Shown here piece after piece: positions 13,801 to 25,800 of a stretch of DNA of 64,000 nucleotides. Numbering within the stretch: position 1 is the first letter of the stretch; every line of letters starts with the position of its first letter. Under the pieces are notes generated by a model. The model did not search any database. It was not told the DNA's origin and saw nothing but the letters and a program-made list of their open reading frames with translations. This stretch comes from Fimbriosthenelais zetlandica. Lineage: Eukaryota. The stretch is from contig OZ365118.1 in the NCBI GenBank assembly GCA_977030845.1, positions 3,348,001-3,412,000 of the forward strand. Direction: 5' to 3'. The position numbers and the translations under genes were made by a program.

Positions 13801-16800
13801 GGTATTTCATTAAAGCTCGACTTTCCCAGACTCTCATCCCCCCCCCCCCCCCCCCCACCACCACCACCCATACAGGGGTGAGTGAGCACGGGCATGGCAT
13901 GATGGTTCTCATAGTCCGGACTACTAGTGTATCCGTGTTAATGGGAGATATAGATAGTCATGGTAGTCAGTATTACCATTAATCATGTCTACACAGGCTG
14001 GGTAAGAACAGTCAGAGCTTTACCTTAAACACTGTGGCTTTAAAATTATTTAAATTATTTTGACATTTAACACAAATGGAATGATAGGTCTTAGTTTTTT
14101 TTAGTGACCTAACAAATGTAGTCTCTGGGAAGATTTGTCTTATGAACATTACAAAGTTGAGGAAGATATTCCACACTCTTTTTCCTTCCAGAATTCCCAG
14201 GAATTCCAATTGTCAAGTTCTTGTCTAATTGTTAAGCATTGTCGGGCCTGAGGGAAGTTTAGCATGGGGAGAGATTAAAACACTTATTGCCAGTCTGGAG
14301 GCCGTCTACCAGCACGGGAGTAAACTCCAGCCTGGTCGACAAGCGATGACGGAAGAGCCCAATGTTCACAGAAATAATAATTTTGATTAAAACAGCTTGC
14401 CATGAATAATGCATTCTAGCAAATCGGAATTTCCGAATCTAATCTCTTCCCTGTCTCTTCTCTTGGCTTCCTATCTGAGTCGAGCTAAATATGGCGCAGG
14501 AAAATGAGAGAAGAATGGGTTTGAGTTAAAATCTGGAGTTTAAATTTCGATGGGTAATATTTTCGTGTGGAGGGCAGGGAGGAGGGAGTGAGTGAGGGAG
14601 TGAGGAATGTGGGACCGTAGACAATGGGACGGAGATGGATTGGGGTAAGGTAGGAGTACTTAAACCACCAGACCTGTCCCGGGCAGGAAATCCCTAATCC
14701 ATTTCACTTCTACACTTAATTCATTTATAGCTAAGCCACCTGAGAGAAAAAATAGAGAGGTGGGTCTGCACATGTGAACTGGTGAATTAATGGGCGATGC
14801 ACGTCTACAATGTGTGCAGTGGTGAGGTACCAGTAGTCCGTTAAAGATGGACTGACACAGGAATGCCATCATACAGATCTAACACAGCATCAGGTCTTAA
14901 TGCCATATGTACACTACTCACGAGTAGTATATGAAAATGGTACTTGTTGAATGGCTACAATACCTGACTGGACCTTAAAAAACAAATCATGCACTCAGTC
15001 TCCACTGGTCAGGTTAAGTTGGTCAGTTTAAGTTACCTGAAATCATATCTTCCAAGTATCAAATATGATCAAAAACTGATTTCCAAACTTCTAAACTTTG
15101 ACTCAGGCATATTTCATACATTCATGAACTTATATTGAGTGAACATCAATGATGAGGAGGCAGTATAAATGAAGACCGGAGCTAATTATCTGGGCGGTCA
15201 ATGCCGTATTTGAGATGGCAGGATTAGTGGAGGGTGTAGCAGGGTGAACGTGCTACATCCCCCATCTCTACAGACATCTCCACGCTATTAATCTGAGTGA
15301 AAACCTGATGGAAGACACGCGTGTTTAATGGAATACAGTAGACAGACATAGAATCCTCACAGCTCTCCCTGATACCGGGGTGTGCCGGGGCTGAGTTAGA
15401 ATAATCATCCCTCCCCCCGCCTGCCACCCACCACCATTTATTTCCTGCTATATTTGCTCATGTCCCCATGCCCAACATGACACCTGGTTTTTGGTTGAGA
15501 GTCGAGGGAAGTGAAATAGACAAATAGTCGCATTGTTCCCTGGAAATGTGAAGTAAACCAATCATCCATATAATATGTGGACTAATTATTACATGGAAAG
15601 ATAATAAAGCTCGTGTGAGTAGTATATAGAATACGGCCTATGACGCATTCATTACATGAGCATATTATGTTATTTCATTCAATCTCAGGAAATGTTTAAT
15701 GAGATTGAAGTAAATGAGACATAGAAGGCTGTGGTGCACCGGAGCCTGGGCTTGAAATGTCAGCCAGTGGCTCAGGGGGGAACTGACTTATTGGGATATA
15801 TATAGTCGCAGGCTTATATAAGTGAGTTGTTAGAAGTACATGGAAAGTTTCCGTATCACATGGCTCCATTTACCCACAAACTATAGGCAGAGACAAGAGA
15901 GAGGGGGGAGATGGAGGGAGAGAGATAGGGGAAGAGAGATGGGGGAGACAGGGGGGGAGAGGGAGAGGGGTAGGGGCTACACTCATGATTAAGACTGCTA
16001 CAAAATAAAGTAATCTTTAATAAGTTATCATTGTTTTCTTATGGTCTCCAAACTGCCCTCATAATGTTCCATTGGGAAGAACATCAGATGAGTAATTTTT
16101 TGGGAGATTTTCCACTGGGGGAGCATCGTTTTGACGCTGGATGAAGTGAAGTGGATGGGATGAATCGATTCATAAAGTCACCAGAGTCATATGACTGTCA
16201 GAGGAGGGAGACATAGCTTTAGTGTCTCTGGACGGTCAGCTATCGGAGGTAGCAGGTCTGGTGAGGGGGGATGTAGGGTGGGTTTGGGGCTGACCACTAT
16301 AAGGTCCTACTGATAAACTACTAACACATGGCGTGTCTAGGGAACTCTGAGCCTGGTCGGAGGAACTAGAAGAGAACCAGGCGTGGATGGAATTTACTGC
16401 CGACATCAGCTACTGCAAATATCCATCATTTAACTGAGAATCTCCACAAACATCCAAAGTACTTAACGAGGATGCTTAAAGGGCCTCACTGGTCTCTCTA
16501 AAAGCCATCACAAACTAAAGGGCTGTTGGTATTTGGTTACTTTTTAACACCACCATACCTGACTCATTCATTTGTAAAATGAATCCAATCTTTCAAACTC
16601 CGTAAACTAGTTTGAAAAGAATATGCATGAGTGAGAGGGCCAGACAATTCTTCCCTTAACACCTTGCGTCCCTAGGGAGGCTAGCCTTCTTTTCCCCACC
16701 TTGATTGCTTTCGTGCTCAATCCCAGTCGTTATATAGCAATTAGGAGGCTTTTCAGCGGGCGAGGCTGTGCTTGCCAGCTTTACTTTCTTATAGCACCAA

Positions 16801-19800
16801 AGCTCGTGTTTCACTGAGAAATAGAAAGATAATCTAGTCAGTATTGAACACGCAGCCAGGGTGACACTATCGCCACTGACCATGCGAGGGACAGATGGTT
16901 TGGCGTGTGACCTTAATGACCTTAAAAGGGCATGCTTATTGACCTTGCCATCAGATAGGCTTCAGGGACACATGCAAAACTTAACCATTGCCCTTCAGGA
17001 TCCAGTCTGAGATAGGTAAATGCCATGCGTTCATAGCTGCATATTCATCAAGATCAAACCATGGTCAAACTAGCTGGTAAAGTGTCTAAATAGAGAGATG
17101 TTGTGTGGGGAGGGAGAGTTTAAGAGAGTTTGAGTGGGGAGGGAGTTTAATCAGCGGACTGCGGTTGTATCATCAGCGAGCAATAGAAGGAGGTTTTTTT
17201 TAAAGCTGCAATGATGGGGAAAGCTGTGGATGGAAATATAAAAAGACAGGTGGGTGGGAAGCTGAGAATGAGAGCTCTAACTGTAGGCAATAATTATAGA
17301 CGATTAGAGAATAATGAGTGTGTAACAGGCAGGTTTACATAGCGATACTCCCACCTGCCAGCTCCCGATTACCACACACATCTCACCTACTCTTTTAACA
17401 ATGCTTTTCATCCCGCTCTCCCTCTCTTCAGCGGGATATCATAAAACGAGCCAGCCACAAACAGTTTTGTTTTTATGACTCTTTTTTCAGCTTAATACGT
17501 TTTTTTAGATGTGTCCCATCATGAGCAGAGTGACACGGGGTTAACTTGTCTGGGTGTGTTTCTAATAGCAGGTTATTATTGCCTACATGAGAGTGGTTGC
17601 TACCAATTACATACAGTTCAAGGTCCCATATACACAGGAGCAAATGTCATTTAGTGATTAAAAAAACTAACTAAATCCGATGGGATTTTTTAGCTGGACA
17701 GGAGGGGGGGGGGGGTCTTAGACATGAAACCTAAGCAAAAAGGTCAGGGAAATTGTCCTGCAATGGAAATATTGCACATTTTAAGCTTTATGCTTCAATT
17801 CCATGCATGCATGCACATATGATCTTGAGATTGACTGGGCGTAAACCTGCATGATTTTACATTAAGTTTTATTGCTGTAGAAAGCAGTTTGTTAGCTTTT
17901 ATCTAGAATTCAGCAGACTCAATCATGAAGCGTGGATGATTTTCATGACCTTTACAATGACAATAAACAAGGCCTGGTCATAAAGTAGACAAATCACCCG
18001 CTCCCCATTGACACAATGCAGTAACTGGCAAAGTCCAATGTTTTTAAACAAGCCAATGTGGTCTTGTCTATAATAGAAAGGTCCCACTGTGATGTCCTCT
18101 AAGCTCTCTTTATGGAGGAAGAATGGGCAGAGACTGAAGGAAATGGACAAAGATTAGAAGAATAGGAAAAGCTGGAATAAATCACAGACAGGCCAGAAGT
18201 GGTGGGGGTAGCATTAAAGTCATAGATAGCAGGTCCATGCGGACAGTGCCACCTCAATGATGGCTTACCTCCAACTCCACATTCATTTTATGTTGATTTT
18301 TTTATTACAAGAGTCGACATAAACGGTAAGCATGAGAGGAAAAGGGAATTTAGCAAAGTACTGACTTGGTCTCTTTTTATCAAGACCTTTCCTCAATGTC
18401 TTCTTCACATTTTATATCTCCCCTAGACATGACATGAGTCTTTTTCAGAAAGTGAAATATAACTGAATAACAGTAAGACTATTAACTACATGTATATATA
18501 AAAGATTATTATAAAAGGCCATTTCCCAGACAGATAACATCTGAAGTGACTGCACAGAATATAGTATGAATTCCTGTTAGTGTCAAATTACTCAATTTTA
18601 AGTGGATTTATCTCACTTTCTCATGAGACTATCCTCTCTGAAAAGGATACAAATATCATGAATTTCTATATTTTTGATCAGAGACTGTCTGTTCACAGAC
18701 TTATATGGTATTTATATGAGTATAGATTCCTCTCATCACATCTTACACAGCCTGACATGTCATGATTCCGGTCTGGAGTGTTCAATAAGACAATAATTGT
18801 AGAATGTCATCATCAGTGCTTCCCCTGCCTCTACACCCACCCCCTGTCAGACAGCCACAGATATCAATACATGAAACTAACGTTTTTATCCTCAATATTC
18901 TTTTTATCCTCTCTCACCACCGCTCCCTGCCATGTCTGTTTTTATCCAGGATAATATTCACTTCGGTTCATATATACCGAAGTACTCAGTCTTGGATAGT
19001 GATAAAAGAATAATGTAAAAACTGATTTATTTTTTTAATCAGATATATCTGGAGACGCTTGTATTTGTGCCAGGATTAATTTCTACATTGTATCTGGCAC
19101 GTTTCCATTTTTCTCACACTTCACCAGTATCTGTGGGGGCAGGGATGTCATGTCGTTCAATAAGACAATGATGACACGCTATGACTGGTCTATAAGGTGT
19201 GGTAGGCTATATGTAGGCACGTTAATCCACCAGACCTGTCTGGGGAATCAGAGATATGGATTAGTGGCTGGACACGATGATTAATGCCTGAGATAATCCG
19301 TGTAGAGTGGAGGATAATGAGATAAGGCTGAGGATGAGTGATAATCAATAGATAGGTAAAGGTAATCCCCGGTCATCACTCAATATCACGCTCTCTCTGT
19401 CTGGCTCTGCTCAAGCTTTAACTTTACAGTCAAAGCCATTGTTCAAAGTGCCAAGATTCTGAGGGGAAAAACCACAAGGCTTCAACACATTCTTGGCTCA
19501 ACAATTGGTTAGTTAATAGCAAGCCAATATCATAAGAAATATGACAAATATTTGTAAGAAAATGTGTTATAACCTCACTGGCTGAGTTGAATAAGCTCAT
19601 TGTTTTGGCCTTCTACAAAGAAGCCTAATAAGTAAAAACGTCTACATCATATAAGATCATAGATGAATCCATTAAGATGGGAACTATAAGGTAGTGAAAT
19701 AAAAATGAATATTAAGAGAATGGCAGTGAGATGGTGGTGACAATAAGAAGCTGTACATGCAGCTTGTCCTATGTGAAGGTGAAGTTTAGACGGGTACAGT

Positions 19801-22800
19801 TCCTATTATAGTCGGCCATTGTCCTGCCTTCATGGACTAATGGATGGAGACCCATTCCACGTAACAGTGTCAAGCTGGGGATAAAAGAAGCAGGCTTTAT
19901 GGCGAGGTAAGGCACTCCGGACATCTGGGTGCGACCCTAGTACAGGCAGGAAAAGAGAGGGAGGAGAGGGAGAGGGAGAAGTATATGTGAAAGTCTTAGA
20001 TGTCAGGCAACACATTCTCTACATAAAATGATACTAAACTAGGTCCGAGTGGTCAGGGGAATGGTCATCTATTACATGGTCAGGTGGGTATGACAATCAG
20101 ATGGTCAACAAGTGACCACGGTCAGCAAGTCTCCAGCCTGAAGGGCTCAATCTGACTCATCTTAAAAGCCAGGACTGACCCAATGGAATCTTCATGTCTG
20201 CTTTAAAACTGTCTTTTTCCACCAAATCATTAAATAATTTCTATCTACTGGATAGATTTCCTCTGAAATCCCAAATGATATTCTTGATCTTGGGATAATA
20301 ATAAGAATGCACTTTTCCCGTCGGTTGGACGAGACTTTGCCTTTGGTGGAGAATGCCCTTTAAGCCGTAGAAGGCTTGGTGCAGGGAGCACTGTGGTTGA
20401 GGCATCATAATCTTACATACAATACATAGATTAGTCTACCAGGCCTTGCATGTCTACAGGAATGTATCCTACATGCCATGGGTGATTCCCGGGCTTTGAT
20501 TACCATGTTTGTAAGCATGATAAGCTATATATTGCCTGGAGACTGTATGGGGCGATGGTGGAGATGGTAGATTGTTAATGAAATCCATGCCATCATCTCA
20601 CATGCACTAACCACAGTAAAAACTAAAGCTGATGCTTATAATGAAGACAGTAAACTTACCACTGGGTTTTATATCGCGTGCTAGTGAAGCATATAAATGA
20701 TCCAGAGGTAATTTGGTAATATTAATGGTTTTTATTTAAGGCTAAGTAAAGTAGGTTCAGCAGGATCAAATGCTGCGGTGGGAAAGATGGTCATAATCTT
20801 TAAGTCAGACTCAGAGAACATGAACATAGCCTCAAGATCCGATACAAATGCTTGCTCAGTTAAATTTTTCAACATGAAAGCATGAATATTCGTGGTCATT
20901 TCTTTAAGTAATTTTTCCACGAAATGATGGGGATGGACATATTCTAGTCATGCATATTTTAACTCCGGATTTATTAGTGATTTGAGTCAGTTTTAGATAG
21001 TTTCACTAAAGTATTTCGACCTTGAATCTAATGACTTAATTCCATCTTATTTATAACTGAGAAAAGCCACGGAGAAGGACAAATGAGATTAGCATGAAAA
21101 CTCTCCATAATTGTATTTGCTCAAATCCGGCTGATCGGCGGGGAGGATTGAGAGGCGGGGGGGCTGATGATGAATAATCCCAGTCGTCAGCCGTGAGGTG
21201 TAGGTCTAACTGACACAGGTCCTATACTTCCCCTCACACATCTCCATCTTTGATTCATGGATATGAAGGGGAATAAGGCACCGGGAGAAAGGCCAATGGT
21301 AGAGAGAGTAGATCTAATTAAAATTCCAATTGTAAGGTTGGAAATGGGGCGTGGTAAGGTACTCTGTCAAATCCGGACGAGGGTAGCCAAGGCGAAAAAA
21401 CTTTTGTATCAGAAACACAGATTCTGTTTTGCATTTTCCATTTCTGCACTTGATTCTATATCTTGAAATGTCTGGACTTCTGTTTCCACACTAAAATGCT
21501 TTGAAATTATATTATTAATATCGTAAGCCAGAAGAGGGAACATGGTATACACATTTTTAAAAAGCAGGGCAAAGTATGTCTAGTATATAAATATTCTGTC
21601 TCTATTTAAACCATAACATTGAGTGCTACAAACATCCGTTCAAACGAGATAAAATCTCCTGCCAAATCCTTTAGTGCATTCCATAAACAAAGTAGAAAAG
21701 CATGGTTTTATCATGGGAATCACAACCTGGGGGCAGGAGGAGAGGGTGGGAACGGGGGAAGGCAAGACTCCAGGTGTAGTGGGGTGTATATAATACCTGC
21801 CTCCAGGGGTGGGGTGGGGGGGGGGGGGTACAGGGAGGGGGCAGGGATAAACAGCCCTCGAGAGACCTTCATTTGGTGCTTGTCCAGGCTAATAGAGGGA
21901 CATATAACAGCCGGGCGGGCCCGCCTCTATACTGGAGGGCCATGATAGAGAAGCGGCATCTATTGAAGTAAATGGCAGTAATTCTATTGAAGTAAATGGC
22001 GGTTAATCTCGACCGACAGCTAATCTATTCCTATTAATTCCACTGGTAGATTAAGGGTATCAATCCAACCAGGTAAGGGTCTGATCCCATCAAATTAAGG
22101 GGAAATATCCAAAATATTTCCATTTTTATAAGAAGGCACGAGGAAATGTATTAATTTTCCCACAAGTGGCTTTACAAAGCAAACGATTGTACTTGTCATC
22201 TCGCAAGTCAATGAAGCCGATTAATCCTGGATGGGAACCGGGAAATGAATGTCAAGACAAATGCATTCCATATCGCCACTATGGAGATTAAATTAAGTAC
22301 AGGGAATGCTCGCGTTAGAAGCATATACATTGTCCACCTTTAATTAAGGGCGACATATGGTGTCAATGCTAATTGATAATACATCATACTCAGTCTGAGA
22401 CAGAAACCTCAACTCATTCTAAGTTTTTAAGAAAACGCCCGGAGCTTCGTCCATGTAAGACTTGTGGGACAATAAGGATTTATGTCCAGTTTTCTTGTGT
22501 ATAATAATATGACATTCAAGGCTCTACTAAAATAGATAATCACAGGCCGAGCCATGCCACAGATGAGCAATAACTCCTTGAGTTGCCCATCAATCCCTGG
22601 TAATAATTAACAAATAAATGAGGCTATTAGAAGTCTTTTTGATCAGTAATCATAGCCACCAATCAAAACGAGGCTGGTTGAATAGCCCGGGGGGAGTGGG
22701 CCCCCCGCCCGCTCCACCCAGCCCAGTACTTACAGGCCAACATTAGCATTTATATTGTACCAATTAAAAGGCGGTTATCCTTCAGCAATAAGCATGCATC

Positions 22801-25800
22801 TTTTTTATGCAACTTAAGATTAAATATTTACGCCATAGTGACCGACACTGAATCCGGTATCGTTCACTATTGCTGATAAAGCCACAAGGCCGCAGGCCGC
22901 GTGGCTTCGTCAGCAATAGTGAACGATACCGGATTCAGTGGAGGTCACTATTGCGTTTAGTACACGTCACACATTAGAATAGACAAGACTGATAAGTATT
23001 TTAACTTGTAATGAGTTAGAACTGATGACTTGTGACTATATTTGTCCCCTCTACACATTCGTAGCCACTCATCCACCTTTCCGCCTGCTTCACCCAACAT
23101 ACACACACTCATAGACCCCTGTGTCATACCAGAGACTTATATGGTCTCTGGTCATACACACACATCCTCCAGGGTCAGCACTGCGAAGGTCAAAAGGAGG
23201 TCAGTGCATGTCTTTTGGAAGAGTTTCTCCCATGTTGCCTGATTCGAGCTAGGTCATTTATTGAGGTCACTGCAGCCTAGTTAGCGTTGACTTCCATGAG
23301 ACAGCTGGGTCACTGTTATTGTCTTCCTTCATTTTTACATAGATTGGTTATAACTTATTGGGTCACTATTGTTAATTTGTATTCCAAGGATTCATTCCAT
23401 GCAATCATTTCATGACTTCAATGGGATTTGATTCCCTGTTTGTGGGATACATCTACATTAGAATTGTTTCGTTTCTTTATTTATCTCATTTATCCAGGAG
23501 GAACAACCAATTCTTACTAGAGTAATAAGGAGAGCCTGAAATAATCAGGCATAACATGTCATTCCCATTACAGCACCAACTCAATGGTGCACCCCACATA
23601 TAGACGAGAGCTTCTCCCTATCACCAGACTCACCCCACCTCCCCTCCTCCCTACCCCTCCTTCTCTGGATGAGTGGAAAGTAATAGTGCACGCTCTTTAT
23701 ACACATTGGACTTATGTTCTTCGACTCCTCTTCTATGCCAATTTCTACTTTCACCGAAATATTACCCTACATTTGGAAGTGAAAATGATACAACTAACTT
23801 TGATTACATAACCTTATACTTTAGGGTTTTCTCCTTGCAATATGTACAGTAGGAGGTTATAATAATGCACTCGCATTACAACCCTATAGGGTCAGTGGAG
23901 GAAGGATGAGGTATATCTGGGGTAAGAGAGTCAGTTGAAGGGTGGAGAAGGTTGGTGGGAGGTGGGTGGGCGTATAGGGGTCGTGCATTACGTCTCATGA
24001 GTAGGTAAGTAGTGAACTCCTTCACTCTACGACATATTTACACCATCCCACAGCCCCCTCAGTGCCATAATGTAGACTATAATGGTGACATAAGACATAT
24101 ATCCCATCCCACCATCGATGTGTGCATGACACAGAATGATTATAAAAAAGAAACTCAATGAGTAATTCTCCTTTTGATGAGTTACAAGTGATGGATTTAC
24201 ACCTCACTATAGGATGGTGGGACCAGGAGCAACAGGGGGAGGCTTGGTAGTAGACTGACCACTCGTTGGACTGACCTACTAACCACCCCCATGTGACTCC
24301 TAGGAGGTCGGTACATGAGGTCACTTGGCCACTCTCAAGATAAAACCCTCGTTTCCCACCCTCTATATCAGCGATCTCCATAGCTCAGTGGTAACGTGCC
24401 TGCTTCTGGCACAGGAGGAGAGGGTTCGAACCCTGGTGAAACGACTACAGTGCACCATCATCAATCTGGAGCGACTTCTGGTGCGTTCACTACGGGGAAA
24501 TATTGAACCTAGTATAGTGCATGAAAACGAGCTAGTAGTGTACTAAAGGAGGCGGGTAAGAAGGCGGGACACGGATCATTTATAATCTACAGCGCCGCCT
24601 AGTGGCATACACGGAATCCAATCACGCGCGACTTATAGGTATTTGTTTTTGTTTTGTTTAATAAAAGAGAGAGATTCCCCCCAGCTATGTCTGAAGACTG
24701 GCTGGTTATATGTATTTTATATACGGGTGTGGGATTAGACTGGTGTGGAATTACACCCCTATAATATAGCTAATGTATAGCGATAGTATTCAATCTCTAT
24801 GTCACTGATTAATCCAAAATGTCATTCAACACATATATTTAAAAAAAGAAAGAAAAAGAAAACCAATCGGGCATACAAAAAGCTATTAGTGAACAATTTT
24901 CTTGAGCAACTCAAGAAGGTATGTGTTTCACCATCGAGTCTTTATAAGAGTTCACTTTATCTGGACATCTTATATAACTGCCCAGCTCGTATTTCATGCC
25001 ATAATGAGAGAAAGTTGCCGATTTTTTTCCATGAAAACCCCATGGGAAACCTGAGACGGCAAGATGTCTCATGTCCCAACCAGAAACCCTATCACAGATA
25101 TCGAGTGTTTCCCAACTATTCTCCCATCTGCAAGTTTGAGGTCATTGGGTTCGTGGAAGGTGGAATTATTTTGTTCCCTATTAATAAATTCAAGAGTATA
25201 ACGAGAAACCTCTCAATATAGGCCTGATATAAATTATTGGGCGCTATTTTAAGCTTCACTTTCCTAATGTTTCTAGGATCTATATTAGTATAATACAATC
25301 AATGAGGGGTATATGGAATGAGCTCTTGAGCAAGTGGGGACTGACAGGAGGGGCTCAGGACGTTGAAGTCTTCGCCGCCCCCCCCCCCCCCCCGGAGCAG
25401 ATGTCACTGGAGGCAATCTCTCGCCCTCCTCCTCCCCACCCAGCCTCAGTGGAGTCATATATTATCAACTTATCACATTTTAATTTGTCATCGCAGACAC
25501 TGTCTCTCTCCCTCCGGGCATGGCATGGAAATCTGGTCCTAGAGAGCACACTATTAGAGTAGGGCATTGAAAGTATGGGAAGAACTCATGGGGGATTATT
25601 TTTCGTTGGAGGAGGAAAAAGCAAAGTCACTGTCAACCATGTACATTATATATGCTATATTTGGGAGGAGTTTGTTGTGGATGGGGAATAAAAGGGACTG
25701 GGAAAAATGAGGGAGTGCAAGCAGTGCATCTAAAATGTATTGATGCAATCCAAAGGTGAGAGCTAAGTCTGAGACCCTATGTGAAGGTCATTTCAAGGCA

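Noticed and set aside
20732-20920. Protein-like 62-aa ORF (also 30364-30597 and 24799-25221)
   Set aside because: No recognisable domain or convincing flanking splice sites, and NAXD is complete without them.
24022-24381. ORF containing HHYSLHYG, reminiscent of Hedgehog SLHYEGRAVD
   Set aside because: The flanking residues do not match, and no other Hedgehog exon was found.
24374-24446. Functional tRNA gene
   Set aside because: The acceptor and D stems do not pair; kept only as a SINE-like head.
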